Below are positions 1-7,816 of a stretch of 29,182 nucleotides of DNA, in pieces; the stretch's first letter is position 1, and each line of letters opens with the position of its first letter. Position numbers and translations under genes: made by a program. Where the stretch lies: positions 1 to 29,182 of the forward strand of contig CAZRDZ010000001.1 in the NCBI GenBank assembly GCA_964599135.1. Reading direction: 5' to 3'. The DNA is from an uncultured bacterium. Lineage in GTDB: Bacteria; Ratteibacteria; UBA8468; B48-G9; JAFGKM01. Under the pieces are notes generated by a model that was given only the letters and a program-made list of their open reading frames with translations, was not told the origin of the DNA and ran no database searches.

Positions 1-18
1 CATGGTTGCCAGAGACAT
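1..18 (-). CDS. Possible 5' end of a divergent gene truncated by the window edge (MSLATM...)
   Basis: ATG TCT CTG GCA ACC ATG on the minus strand just downstream of a consensus promoter. Too short to identify. Confidence 0.25.
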
Positions 19-22
19 ATAT

Positions 23-50
23 ATTATACTTTTTTTTCTCCATCTGTCAA
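23..50 (-). promoter_or_regulatory. Sigma70-type promoter pointing out of the left edge of the window
   Basis: Minus strand TTGACA (50-45), 16 nt spacer, TATAAT (28-23): perfect consensus hexamers. Two in-frame ATGs follow (18-16 and 3-1). Confidence 0.6.
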
Positions 51-198
51 CAGAACACCATCCCTCAAAAAAATCTCCTATAAATATGTGGTCCTGATAC
101 TTTCTTCTTAAAATTACTTGAGAAAGGCAGGACAGGAGAAATTGTTTTTTATAAAACTGCAAAAGAAATCAGGATAAATTTATAACTTACTTTTTTCC

Positions 199-228
199 TT
201 GACAGAAACATCGTTTTTGTGGTAATTT
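199..228 (+). promoter_or_regulatory. Sigma70-type promoter for tRNA-Phe/secA
   Basis: TTGACA 199-204; extended -10 TG-G-TAATTT (TG 220-221, hexamer 223-228), 18 nt spacer; ends 8 nt before the tRNA 5' end. Confidence 0.65.
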
Positions 229-236
229 AAATTTGA

Positions 237-308
237 GCCGGGGTAGCTCAGTGGTAGAGCGCAGCCCTGAAAAGGCTGGCGTGGACAGTTCGATTCTGTC
301 CCCCGGCA
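237..308 (+). tRNA. tRNA-Phe (anticodon GAA)
   Basis: Full cloverleaf: acceptor GCCGGGG/CCCCGGC, D-arm GCTC-AGTGGTA-GAGC, anticodon arm CAGCC-CTGAAAA-GGCTG (GAA 269-271), T-arm GACAG-TTCGATT-CTGTC, discriminator A308. It is followed by CCT, so CCA is not fully encoded. Confidence 0.97.
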
Positions 309-334
309 CCTTTCCAAGGGAGGCAGGAAATTTA

Positions 335-3300
335 ATGGGATACTACGAAGACCTTTTAGAAAAGTTAAAAATTTTAAATCCAGGAACAAAATATTTTATT
401 AACAGGGTATTTAATAAAGAGAAATATTCATTCCTTATAGAATGTATTTCCCTCCTTAAAAAAATAAATGAAAAAGAAGAAGAAGTAAAAAATCTTACAA
501 GAGAGCAGATGAGGGAGAAAACAGAAGAATTTAAGAAAAGGATATCTGATGGAGAGCCAATTGATAATTTTATTGTGGATGGTTTTGCTCTTGTAAGAGA
601 AGCAGCAAGAAGAACTCTCAATATGCGACATTTTGATGTCCAGATTATAGGAGGAATTGTTCTTCATAAAGGAAAAATTGCTGAAATGGTAACGGGGGAG
701 GGAAAAACGCTTGTTGCTACACTCCCTCTTTATCTGAATGCTCTCAGTGGAAAGGGATGCCATCTTGTAACTGTAAATGATTATCTTGCAAAAAGAGATA
801 CTCAATGGATGGGCGCAATTTTTGATTATCTTGGTCTTTCTGTCGGTTGTATCATATCTGTTAAGGAAGCAAAAGGACCTTACTCTGCTTCTGCTTTTAA
901 GTTTGACACGACATATCTTCCTGCTGATTCAAGATTTCTCTATCTTTATCCAGTTGAAAGAAAACAGGCATATCAGTGTGATATAACTTATGGAGTTGGA
1001 AGCGAATTTGGATTTGATTACTTAAGAGATAATATGGCAATAAGAAAGGAAGACCAGGTTCAGAGAGAACTCAATTATGCAATAATTGATGAAGTTGATT
1101 CAATTCTAATCGATGAAGCAAGAACTCCTCTTATCATTTCAGGTCCTTCAGAAGAAACTCCTCATCTTTATTATGAAATTGACCGCCTTGTAAGAAAACT
1201 TATTAAAGATACCGATTTTATTGTTGATGAGGAAGCACAGAGTGTTGTTCTTACAGAAGAAGGAATAAGAAAATGTGAGAGGATGCTCGGTGTGAAAAAT
1301 CTTTATGATGGAGCCCATACGGAGGTAGTTCATAAAATAAATCAGGCACTGAGGGCACATGCATTTTTCAAAAGGGATAAAGAATATGTTGTAAGAGACG
1401 GGAAGGTTATCATTGTTGATGAATTCACAGGAAGGTTAATGCCTGGAAGAAGATGGAGTGATGGGTTGCATCAGGCAATAGAAGCAAAAGAAGGTGTTTC
1501 TATAGAAAGTGAAAATCAAACCCTCGCAACAATTTCTTTCCAGAACTATTTTAAATTATATAAGAAAATAGCAGGGATGACAGGGACCGCTTTGACTGAA
1601 GCGATTGAATTTAAAGAAATTTATAAGCTTGATGTAATCGCAATCCCTACGAATAAACCACTGAGAAGAACAGAATATGATGATGAAATATACAGAACCG
1701 AAAGAGAGAAATTTAAAGCAATTACAGAAGAAATCAAGCAACTCCATGAAAAAGGAAGACCTGTTCTTGTTGGAACAATCTCAATTGAAAAAGCAGAAAA
1801 ATTGAGCAGATATTTAAGGAGGGCAAACATTCCCCATAATGTCCTTCATGGAAAGAATCACGAAGCAGAAGCAGCAATAATTGCTCAGGCAGGAAAATTT
1901 AAAGCAGTAACAATTGCAACACAGATGGCAGGAAGAGGAGTGGATATAATCCTGGGAGGAAATCCAGAAATAATAGCGAGAGAAGAAACTATAAAAACAA
2001 TCTGGTCAAAAAAAGGTGGTAAAAAAACAATTAAAAAGAAAGAATTTTCTGAAATTATATCCGAACTTGAAGAAAATTATAAAAAGAAAACCGGGCAAAT
2101 AGAAAAAGAGTATGGAGAAAAACTTTCAAATCTTAAAAAAATATTGAATGAGAAAGAGAGAAATTTCTATTCCCTTGAATCAAAAGCAAGAGAAATTTTT
2201 GAAAAGGAAATCTTCAAGAAAATAACAAAAGAAACCTTTGAAAAAATTAATCTCCGTCTGGATAAATTGAAAGAAAAGTATGAAAATGCCAACTCTCAAT
2301 TTCTTTCATTACAGGAAAAGTTTAAAGATAAACCAGAGAGACTTAAAGAACCAAGAGAAATAGCAGGTAAGGCATACAGGGACCTTGTTCTTTACAAACA
2401 ATCAATTAAGAAAAAATACGGAATTTTTTTGAAAGAAGATATTGAAGGACAGAGAAATCAGTTGAGAGAACTTTTAGAAAATTTCAAAATAGAAACTGAC
2501 TATATAAAAAATATAATATCACAGATTGAAAGATTAAAAGAGACAATTGAAAAATATGTGGAAGTTATTGAAAATGTTTTCTCTTCCCTGAAACTTGATA
2601 ATGTTAAAAAAGCAACTGAAAAATATAAAAACTTCCTGAACAAATTCATAAAAAACATTTCAGAGAAAAAAGAAAATGTAGAGCAGATTTATCAACAATT
2701 TGAAAAAGAGGAAGAAAGAACATACGAAAATTATCTTAAAGTTATTGAGCAGACAGAAAAGAAAATTTTCACAACATTTTTTCAGAATCTTTCTTCTGTT
2801 GAGAAAGAATATTTTGAAACATTGAAAGAATATGAAAGTCAGCATAAAAGTTATGAAGAACTTTTGAAGAAAATTAGAGAGGAATACGAAAAAGAGAGAG
2901 GAAAAATTGAGGAAGAATGGCAGAAGGCAAGAGAAGAACTTGAAAAAAGCCCTGAAGAATTCAAGGAAGTTTACCAGACCCTTTTAGAAAAATATAAAAA
3001 ACCATGGGAACAAGAACATAAAAAGGTTGTTGAACTGGGAGGACTTCATGTTATTGGAAGTGAAAGATATGAAGCAAGAAGAATTGATAATCAGTTAAAA
3101 GGTAGAGCAGGAAGACAGGGAGACCCTGGCTCATCAAAGTTTTTTCTCTCTCTTGAAGATGACCTGTTAAGAATTTTTGGTTCTGACCGACTTATGGGAT
3201 TAATGGGGAAAATGCCTGAAGGAGAAAAAATAACCCATCCACTAATAACAAAAATGATAAATAATGCTCAGAAAAAAGTTGAAGGACGAAATTTTGAAAT

Positions 3301-4144
3301 AAGAAAACAACTTGTTGAATTTGATAATGTTCTTAATGAGCAAAGAAATGTTATATATGCAATAAGGCAGAACTTCCTTGAGGGTAAAAATGTTGAAGAG
3401 TATATAAAACAGTTTACAGATGAAATTATTAACAACCTTTTTGATGAATTTTTCAGTTTGAGTGTAAAACCATTTCACTGGAATGTTGAAGGTCTTAAAG
3501 TTTCTTTAAGGAGAATATTCAATGCTGATTTTGAAATACCTTCTGTTGACAATATATCAAATCCTTCTAATTTTAGAGAAGAACTTATGGATGATATAAA
3601 AAATAAAATTTTTGCTCTTTATAAGGAAAAAGAGAAAGAAATAGGTGCTATCTTTTCAGAAATACAGCGTCTTATTATCTTGCAGATTATAGATAATAGA
3701 TGGAAATCTCACTTAAGGGCTATTGATGAACTGAAGGAAGGAATAAGTTTAAGGTCATATGCTCAGAGAGACCCTCTTCTTGCCTATAAGCATGAAGGGT
3801 ATAAACTATTCCAGGAAATGCTTTTTGCAATAAGAGAAGAAAGTTTATCTGCAATATTTAATATAAGAATATCTGAAGAAAGACCTTCCATTCCAGTTGA
3901 AAGGAAACAATTAGTGAGAACTAATTATATACATAAACAGTTTGGACAGTTTGATACTGTTTCAGCAACAGATCAGCAACAACCCCAGTCAGTTGAACCT
4001 GTAAAAACTCCTTTTGCGCCACCATCACCATCTGTTGGAGTAAAACAGAAGCCAGTGGTAGCAGGAAAGAAAGTCGGAAGGAATGATCCCTGTCCCTGTG
4101 GAAGCGGGAAAAAATATAAACACTGCTGTGGAAAAAATGTATAA
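335..4144 (+). CDS. secA: Preprotein translocase ATPase SecA (1269 aa) with a large insertion in the VAR region
   Basis: Motifs MVTGEGKT, VTVNDYLAKRD, FGFDYLRDNM, DEVDSILIDEARTPLIISG, GRRWSDGLHQAIEAKE, MAGRG, RRIDNQLKGRAGRQGDPG; C-terminal SEC-C motif GRNDPCPCGSGKKYKHCCG. Start moved from TTG 233 (which runs through the tRNA) to ATG 335, preceded by GGAGG 319-323. Confidence 0.97.
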   Translation: MGYYEDLLEKLKILNPGTKYFINRVFNKEKYSFLIECISLLKKINEKEEEVKNLTREQMREKTEEFKKRISDGEPIDNFIVDGFALVREAARRTLNMRHFDVQIIGGIVLHKGKIAEMVTGEGKTLVATLPLYLNALSGKGCHLVTVNDYLAKRDTQWMGAIFDYLGLSVGCIISVKEAKGPYSASAFKFDTTYLPADSRFLYLYPVERKQAYQCDITYGVGSEFGFDYLRDNMAIRKEDQVQRELNYAIIDEVDSILIDEARTPLIISGPSEETPHLYYEIDRLVRKLIKDTDFIVDEEAQSVVLTEEGIRKCERMLGVKNLYDGAHTEVVHKINQALRAHAFFKRDKEYVVRDGKVIIVDEFTGRLMPGRRWSDGLHQAIEAKEGVSIESENQTLATISFQNYFKLYKKIAGMTGTALTEAIEFKEIYKLDVIAIPTNKPLRRTEYDDEIYRTEREKFKAITEEIKQLHEKGRPVLVGTISIEKAEKLSRYLRRANIPHNVLHGKNHEAEAAIIAQAGKFKAVTIATQMAGRGVDIILGGNPEIIAREETIKTIWSKKGGKKTIKKKEFSEIISELEENYKKKTGQIEKEYGEKLSNLKKILNEKERNFYSLESKAREIFEKEIFKKITKETFEKINLRLDKLKEKYENANSQFLSLQEKFKDKPERLKEPREIAGKAYRDLVLYKQSIKKKYGIFLKEDIEGQRNQLRELLENFKIETDYIKNIISQIERLKETIEKYVEVIENVFSSLKLDNVKKATEKYKNFLNKFIKNISEKKENVEQIYQQFEKEEERTYENYLKVIEQTEKKIFTTFFQNLSSVEKEYFETLKEYESQHKSYEELLKKIREEYEKERGKIEEEWQKAREELEKSPEEFKEVYQTLLEKYKKPWEQEHKKVVELGGLHVIGSERYEARRIDNQLKGRAGRQGDPGSSKFFLSLEDDLLRIFGSDRLMGLMGKMPEGEKITHPLITKMINNAQKKVEGRNFEIRKQLVEFDNVLNEQRNVIYAIRQNFLEGKNVEEYIKQFTDEIINNLFDEFFSLSVKPFHWNVEGLKVSLRRIFNADFEIPSVDNISNPSNFREELMDDIKNKIFALYKEKEKEIGAIFSEIQRLIILQIIDNRWKSHLRAIDELKEGISLRSYAQRDPLLAYKHEGYKLFQEMLFAIREESLSAIFNIRISEERPSIPVERKQLVRTNYIHKQFGQFDTVSATDQQQPQSVEPVKTPFAPPSPSVGVKQKPVVAGKKVGRNDPCPCGSGKKYKHCCGKNV

Positions 4145-4190
4145 AAGTTGTGGAAAACTTGTGGAAAATGGAAAAATTTGAGGTGGAAAA
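4127..4190 (-). promoter_or_regulatory. DnaA-box cluster upstream of and overlapping the dnaA start
   Basis: TGTGGAAAA (reverse complement TTTTCCACA, fits TTWTNCACA) at 4127-4135, 4149-4157 and 4160-4168; one-mismatch GGTGGAAAA at 4182-4190. Confidence 0.85.
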
Positions 4191-5463
4191 CCTCTCAAAT
4201 GTTATTTTTAAAAATATTCAGGAAAGGATTAATAACCCGAGAGCATTTGATATATGGATAAAGCCAGTAAAAATTATTGATTATGATGGAGAAACTCTCA
4301 GTATACAGATACCAAACAGGGCTTTTTATCGCGGGTTTTCTTCCTTTATTGAAATAATAAAAGAAGAATTTTCAAAAATATATGGTTTTTTTCCAAAGAT
4401 TGAAATTTCTTATGGAGAGGAAGAAAACACATCTAAATCTCTAATTGAATCCACTCTTAATCCAGAATATACATTTGAAAATTTTGTTGTTGGTCCCTGT
4501 AACCGTCTTGCTCATGCCGCTGCACTGGCAGTATCTCAATCACCAGGGGTTGCTTACAACCCACTTTTTCTTTATGGGGGAGTTGGTCTTGGAAAAACCC
4601 ATCTTATGCAGGCAATAGGTCATTATGTAAAAAACAGAGGGGACTTAAAAATGGCATATATCCCTGCTGAATTTTTTGTAAATGAGTATATACAGAGTAT
4701 TAAAAATAAGAAAACAGCAAATTTCAGAAATAAGTTCAGGAATCTTGATTTTCTTCTTATAGATGATATTCATTTTATTGCAGGAAAAGGTGGCTCTCAA
4801 GAAGAGTTTTTTCACACATTTAATTTTCTTTATGATAATAAAAAGCAGATTATCTTATCAAGCGACAGACCTCCAAAAGAAATTACCGCAATTGAAGAAA
4901 GAATAATATCAAGATTTGAATGGGGACTTGTTGTTGACCTGCAACCCCCTGACTTTGAAACAAGAGTTGCGATATTAAAGAAAAAAGCAGAAATTAGGAA
5001 TATTGTTATAAATGATGATATAATATTTTTAATAGCAGAAAAGGTAAAAGAAAATGTAAGAATTCTTGAAGGAATTTTAAACAGGATTCTTGCTCTTTCA
5101 AAATTAATGAATACTGAAATAAATCAGGAGTTAGTTCTTGAAATAATTGAGGGATTTAAAAGAAGTTCAAAAAAACAAATTACAATGGATTTAATAATGG
5201 AAAAGGTTTGTAATTATTTTAATGTTTCTGAAAGAGAGATAAAAAGTGCAAAAAGGGTAAAAAATATACTAATTCCAAGACAGATTGCAATGTATCTTAC
5301 GAGGGAATTAACAAATAGTTCTTTAAATTCTATAGGAGAATATTTTGGTGTGAAAGACCATACGACAGTTATTAATGCGTGTAAAAAGATAAAAAATTTA
5401 ATTGATAAAGATAATTATATAAGAAGTGCAGTAGGAAATATAAAAAGAGGATTAAATGAATAA
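4150..5463 (+). CDS. dnaA: Chromosomal replication initiator DnaA
   Basis: LNPEYTFENFVVG, YNPLFLYGGVGLGKTHL (Walker A), LLIDDI, QEEFFHTFN, RFEWGL, RQIAMYL, DHTTV. Start is uncertain: GTG 4150, ATG 4168 or GTG 4183. Confidence 0.98.
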   Translation: MENLWKMEKFEVENLSNVIFKNIQERINNPRAFDIWIKPVKIIDYDGETLSIQIPNRAFYRGFSSFIEIIKEEFSKIYGFFPKIEISYGEEENTSKSLIESTLNPEYTFENFVVGPCNRLAHAAALAVSQSPGVAYNPLFLYGGVGLGKTHLMQAIGHYVKNRGDLKMAYIPAEFFVNEYIQSIKNKKTANFRNKFRNLDFLLIDDIHFIAGKGGSQEEFFHTFNFLYDNKKQIILSSDRPPKEITAIEERIISRFEWGLVVDLQPPDFETRVAILKKKAEIRNIVINDDIIFLIAEKVKENVRILEGILNRILALSKLMNTEINQELVLEIIEGFKRSSKKQITMDLIMEKVCNYFNVSEREIKSAKRVKNILIPRQIAMYLTRELTNSSLNSIGEYFGVKDHTTVINACKKIKNLIDKDNYIRSAVGNIKRGLNE

Positions 5464-5564
5464 TTTTTCCACAAGTTTTCCACATCATAATTTATTGTGT
5501 CTTAAGAGTTTAGATAAGAAAATCATTAAAACCACATTTTCTATGATTACTAATGGAGGTAAAA
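5464..5564. other. Probable replication origin (oriC core) in the dnaA-dnaN intergenic region
   Basis: Two DnaA boxes followed by an AT-rich stretch (5485-5552), in the canonical dnaA-dnaN position. Confidence 0.65.
5465..5484 (+). promoter_or_regulatory. Tandem DnaA boxes downstream of dnaA
   Basis: TTTTCCACA at 5465-5473 and 5476-5484 (11-bp spacing). Confidence 0.85.
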
Positions 5565-6659
5565 ATGGAAATAATAGTAAATAGTAAAGAATTGGAAAAT
5601 GCTTTAAGTTGTATTTCAAAAGTTCTTCCTTCAAAATCAACAATGGAAATTTTATCTGGTATTTTAATTGAAGGAAAAGATGAACTAAATCTTATTTCAA
5701 CAGACCTTGAAAATACAATTAAAGTTTCAATGAAATGTAATTTTAAAAAAGGTTCTATTTTAATTCCAGGGAAACAGTTTATATCTTTAATAAAACAAAT
5801 TCCTGATGAAGAAATAAAAATTACACAAATTGAAAATGAAGTTGAAATTAGTAATGAAAATATAAAATATAAATTTATATCAATGAATACAGATGACTTT
5901 CCTAAAATTTCAAAAATAACTCCAAAAATAAACTTTTCTTTAAATGGATTAATTTTAAAAGAAGCGATAGAAAAAATAAAGTTCTGTGTTGACCCTGATG
6001 AACCAAGACCTCATTTTAAAGGTGGATTACTTGAAGTAAAAAATAATAAAATAAGTCTTGTTGGAACTGATGGTAGACGCCTTTCTTTGAGAACAATTGA
6101 AACAGAAAGTAAAAATGAAAAAATAAAAGTTTTACTCTCTGTAAAACTTATGAATATTCTTTCTGACCTTTTAATTGACGAGAATATTGATATTTCAATT
6201 GGTAAAAATCAAATTGTATTTAAATTTTCAAATATACTCTTAATTTCTCAACTTCTATCCGGGGCAGAGGACTTCCCTGACTATGAAAAAGTTATTCCTG
6301 ATGAAAAGAAAAGTAAAGTTGCAATTATTGAAAGAGAAAATTTTCTTTCTACTTTAAAAAGAACTTCACTTTTTACAAACGAAAGATATAATAAATTGAT
6401 GATTTCAATTGGGAAATCATCTATGGTAATATCTGTTTCTTCTCCTGAAATAGGACAGGGACAGGAAAGAATACCTGTTGAATATAAAGGAGAAGAAGTA
6501 AATTTTGCTTTTCCACCTGAGTTTTTGATTGAGTTCTTACAGAAAGTTGATGATGAAAAAATAATTTTTGCTTTTACAGAGAATACAAAACCTGTGCTGT
6601 TAAGACCTGAAAGTGATAGTAATTTTATTTATGTTTCAATGCCGCTTAAAACAGAATAA
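5565..6659 (+). CDS. dnaN: DNA polymerase III beta sliding clamp
   Basis: 364 aa after dnaA; STDLE, FKGGLL, VGTDGRRLS, FPDYEKVIP, C-terminal MPLK. Start set at ATG 5565 after GGAGGT 5555-5560. Confidence 0.96.
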   Translation: MEIIVNSKELENALSCISKVLPSKSTMEILSGILIEGKDELNLISTDLENTIKVSMKCNFKKGSILIPGKQFISLIKQIPDEEIKITQIENEVEISNENIKYKFISMNTDDFPKISKITPKINFSLNGLILKEAIEKIKFCVDPDEPRPHFKGGLLEVKNNKISLVGTDGRRLSLRTIETESKNEKIKVLLSVKLMNILSDLLIDENIDISIGKNQIVFKFSNILLISQLLSGAEDFPDYEKVIPDEKKSKVAIIERENFLSTLKRTSLFTNERYNKLMISIGKSSMVISVSSPEIGQGQERIPVEYKGEEVNFAFPPEFLIEFLQKVDDEKIIFAFTENTKPVLLRPESDSNFIYVSMPLKTE

Positions 6660-6931
6660 TGGAAAAAATAGGAGATATAACAAAAAGGGTTATTTCAAAC
6701 TGGATTTTTGAAGATGAAGAAAGAAATTTTGATATTGAAGTTGTATGGAATAGAATAATTGATGAAAATTTAAAAGGGCATACATATGTAAATGGACTGA
6801 AAAATAATGTTTTATATATAAAAGTTGATTCAAGTTGCTATTTGAGTATTCTGAATATGAAAAGAAAAGAGATAATTAAGAAATTGGAAAATAAAGGTTT
6901 CAAAATAAAAAAGATGATTTTAAAGTTATAA
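6659..6931 (+). CDS. DUF721/DciA-family protein (helicase-loading factor)
   Basis: 90 aa after dnaN, with pattern W..II...L..HT.......LYIKVDSS....L....EII.KL typical of DUF721. Confidence 0.75.
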   Translation: MEKIGDITKRVISNWIFEDEERNFDIEVVWNRIIDENLKGHTYVNGLKNNVLYIKVDSSCYLSILNMKRKEIIKKLENKGFKIKKMILKL

Positions 6932-6943
6932 AAAGGAGGTTTT

Positions 6944-7816
6944 ATGTTTGAAGGTTCAATTGTAGCAATAGTAACACCAATAAAAAATGGAGAAGTTGAC
7001 AGAGAGGGTTATAGAAAACTTCTTGAATTCCAGATAGAAAATGGCACTGATGGAATTCTGACCTGTGGCTGCACAGGAGAACCAGCAACTCTATCAATGC
7101 AAGAACACAAAGACATTATTAAATATACTGTTGAAATAGTTAATGGTAGAATTCCTGTAATCGCTGGAACTGGCTCAAATAATACAGAAGAAGCAATTGA
7201 ACTTACAAGTTTTGCCAGACAGGCAGGATGTGATGCTGTTTTACTGATTACTCCTTACTATAATAAACCAACTCAAAAAGGGCTTTATCTCCATTATAAG
7301 AAAATTGCAGAGAGTGTTGATATTCCGATAATTTTATATAATGTCCCTTCAAGAACGGGTATATCAATATCTCCAGAAGTAGTTGCTGAACTTTCAAAAA
7401 TTAAAAATATTATCGGGATAAAAGAAGCATCTGGAAGTATTGACCAGGTATGTAAAATAATTTCTCTTGTTGAAGATGATTTTCTTGTTCTTTCAGGCGA
7501 TGATTCTCTAACTCTTCCAATTATATCTGTGGGGGGAAAAGGAGTTGTTTCTGTTGCTGCAAATATTGTCCCCAGAGATATGTCTGATATGGTAAAATTT
7601 GCTCTTAATGGTGAAATAGAAAAAGCAAGGAAAATACATTATAAACTTTTTCCTGTTTTTAAAGTTCTTTTTATAGAAACAAATCCCATACCTGTAAAGA
7701 CATCTCTTTCAATTATGGGTATGATACAGGCAGAATGGCGACTTCCCTTAACTTCTCCATCTGATGAAAATTATAAGAAAATTGAACAGACATTAAAAAA
7801 ATGTGGAGTTATTTAA
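6944..7816 (+). CDS. dapA: 4-hydroxy-tetrahydrodipicolinate synthase
   Basis: GCTGE, AGTGSNNT, PYYNKP, LYNVPSRTG, IKEASG, SGDD, ETNPIPVK; GGAGG RBS. Confidence 0.95.
   Translation: MFEGSIVAIVTPIKNGEVDREGYRKLLEFQIENGTDGILTCGCTGEPATLSMQEHKDIIKYTVEIVNGRIPVIAGTGSNNTEEAIELTSFARQAGCDAVLLITPYYNKPTQKGLYLHYKKIAESVDIPIILYNVPSRTGISISPEVVAELSKIKNIIGIKEASGSIDQVCKIISLVEDDFLVLSGDDSLTLPIISVGGKGVVSVAANIVPRDMSDMVKFALNGEIEKARKIHYKLFPVFKVLFIETNPIPVKTSLSIMGMIQAEWRLPLTSPSDENYKKIEQTLKKCGVI

Larger units (their letters stand above)
4149..5484. repeat. Perfect 20-bp inverted repeat flanking dnaA
   Basis: 4149-4168 TGTGGAAAACTTGTGGAAAA is the exact reverse complement of 5465-5484 TTTTCCACAAGTTTTCCACA. Confidence 0.95.

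Noticed and set aside
233-334. 34-codon N-terminal extension of SecA from TTG 233 running through the tRNA
   Set aside because: It is the tRNA-Phe sequence read in frame by chance; ATG 335 has an SD and gives a normal SecA N-terminus.
237-334. tRNA 3' end as an integration (att) site
   Set aside because: No integrase nearby, and I saw no duplicated tRNA 3' end elsewhere in the window.
180-389. 69-aa minus-strand ORF
   Set aside because: Antisense to the tRNA and secA start; RCRGTESNCPRQPFQGCALPLSY is the typical translation of a reverse-complemented tRNA.
1964-3037. SecA insert as an intein or homing element
   Set aside because: No N-terminal Cys/Ser, no C-terminal His-Asn, no HINT or LAGLIDADG motifs; composition is helical E/K-rich.
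5541-5552. Possible DnaA-trio run (CTA TGA TTA CTA)
   Set aside because: Only 3 of 4 triplets fit and it is far from the boxes; not distinguishable from AT-rich background by eye.
7067-7081. DapA GCTGE instead of GTTGE, and other single motif variants (AccD GGGGARMYEG, WecA FMGECGS, Dxr ATKE)
   Set aside because: Isolated, mostly conservative changes with other catalytic residues intact; no basis for a functional claim without alignments.
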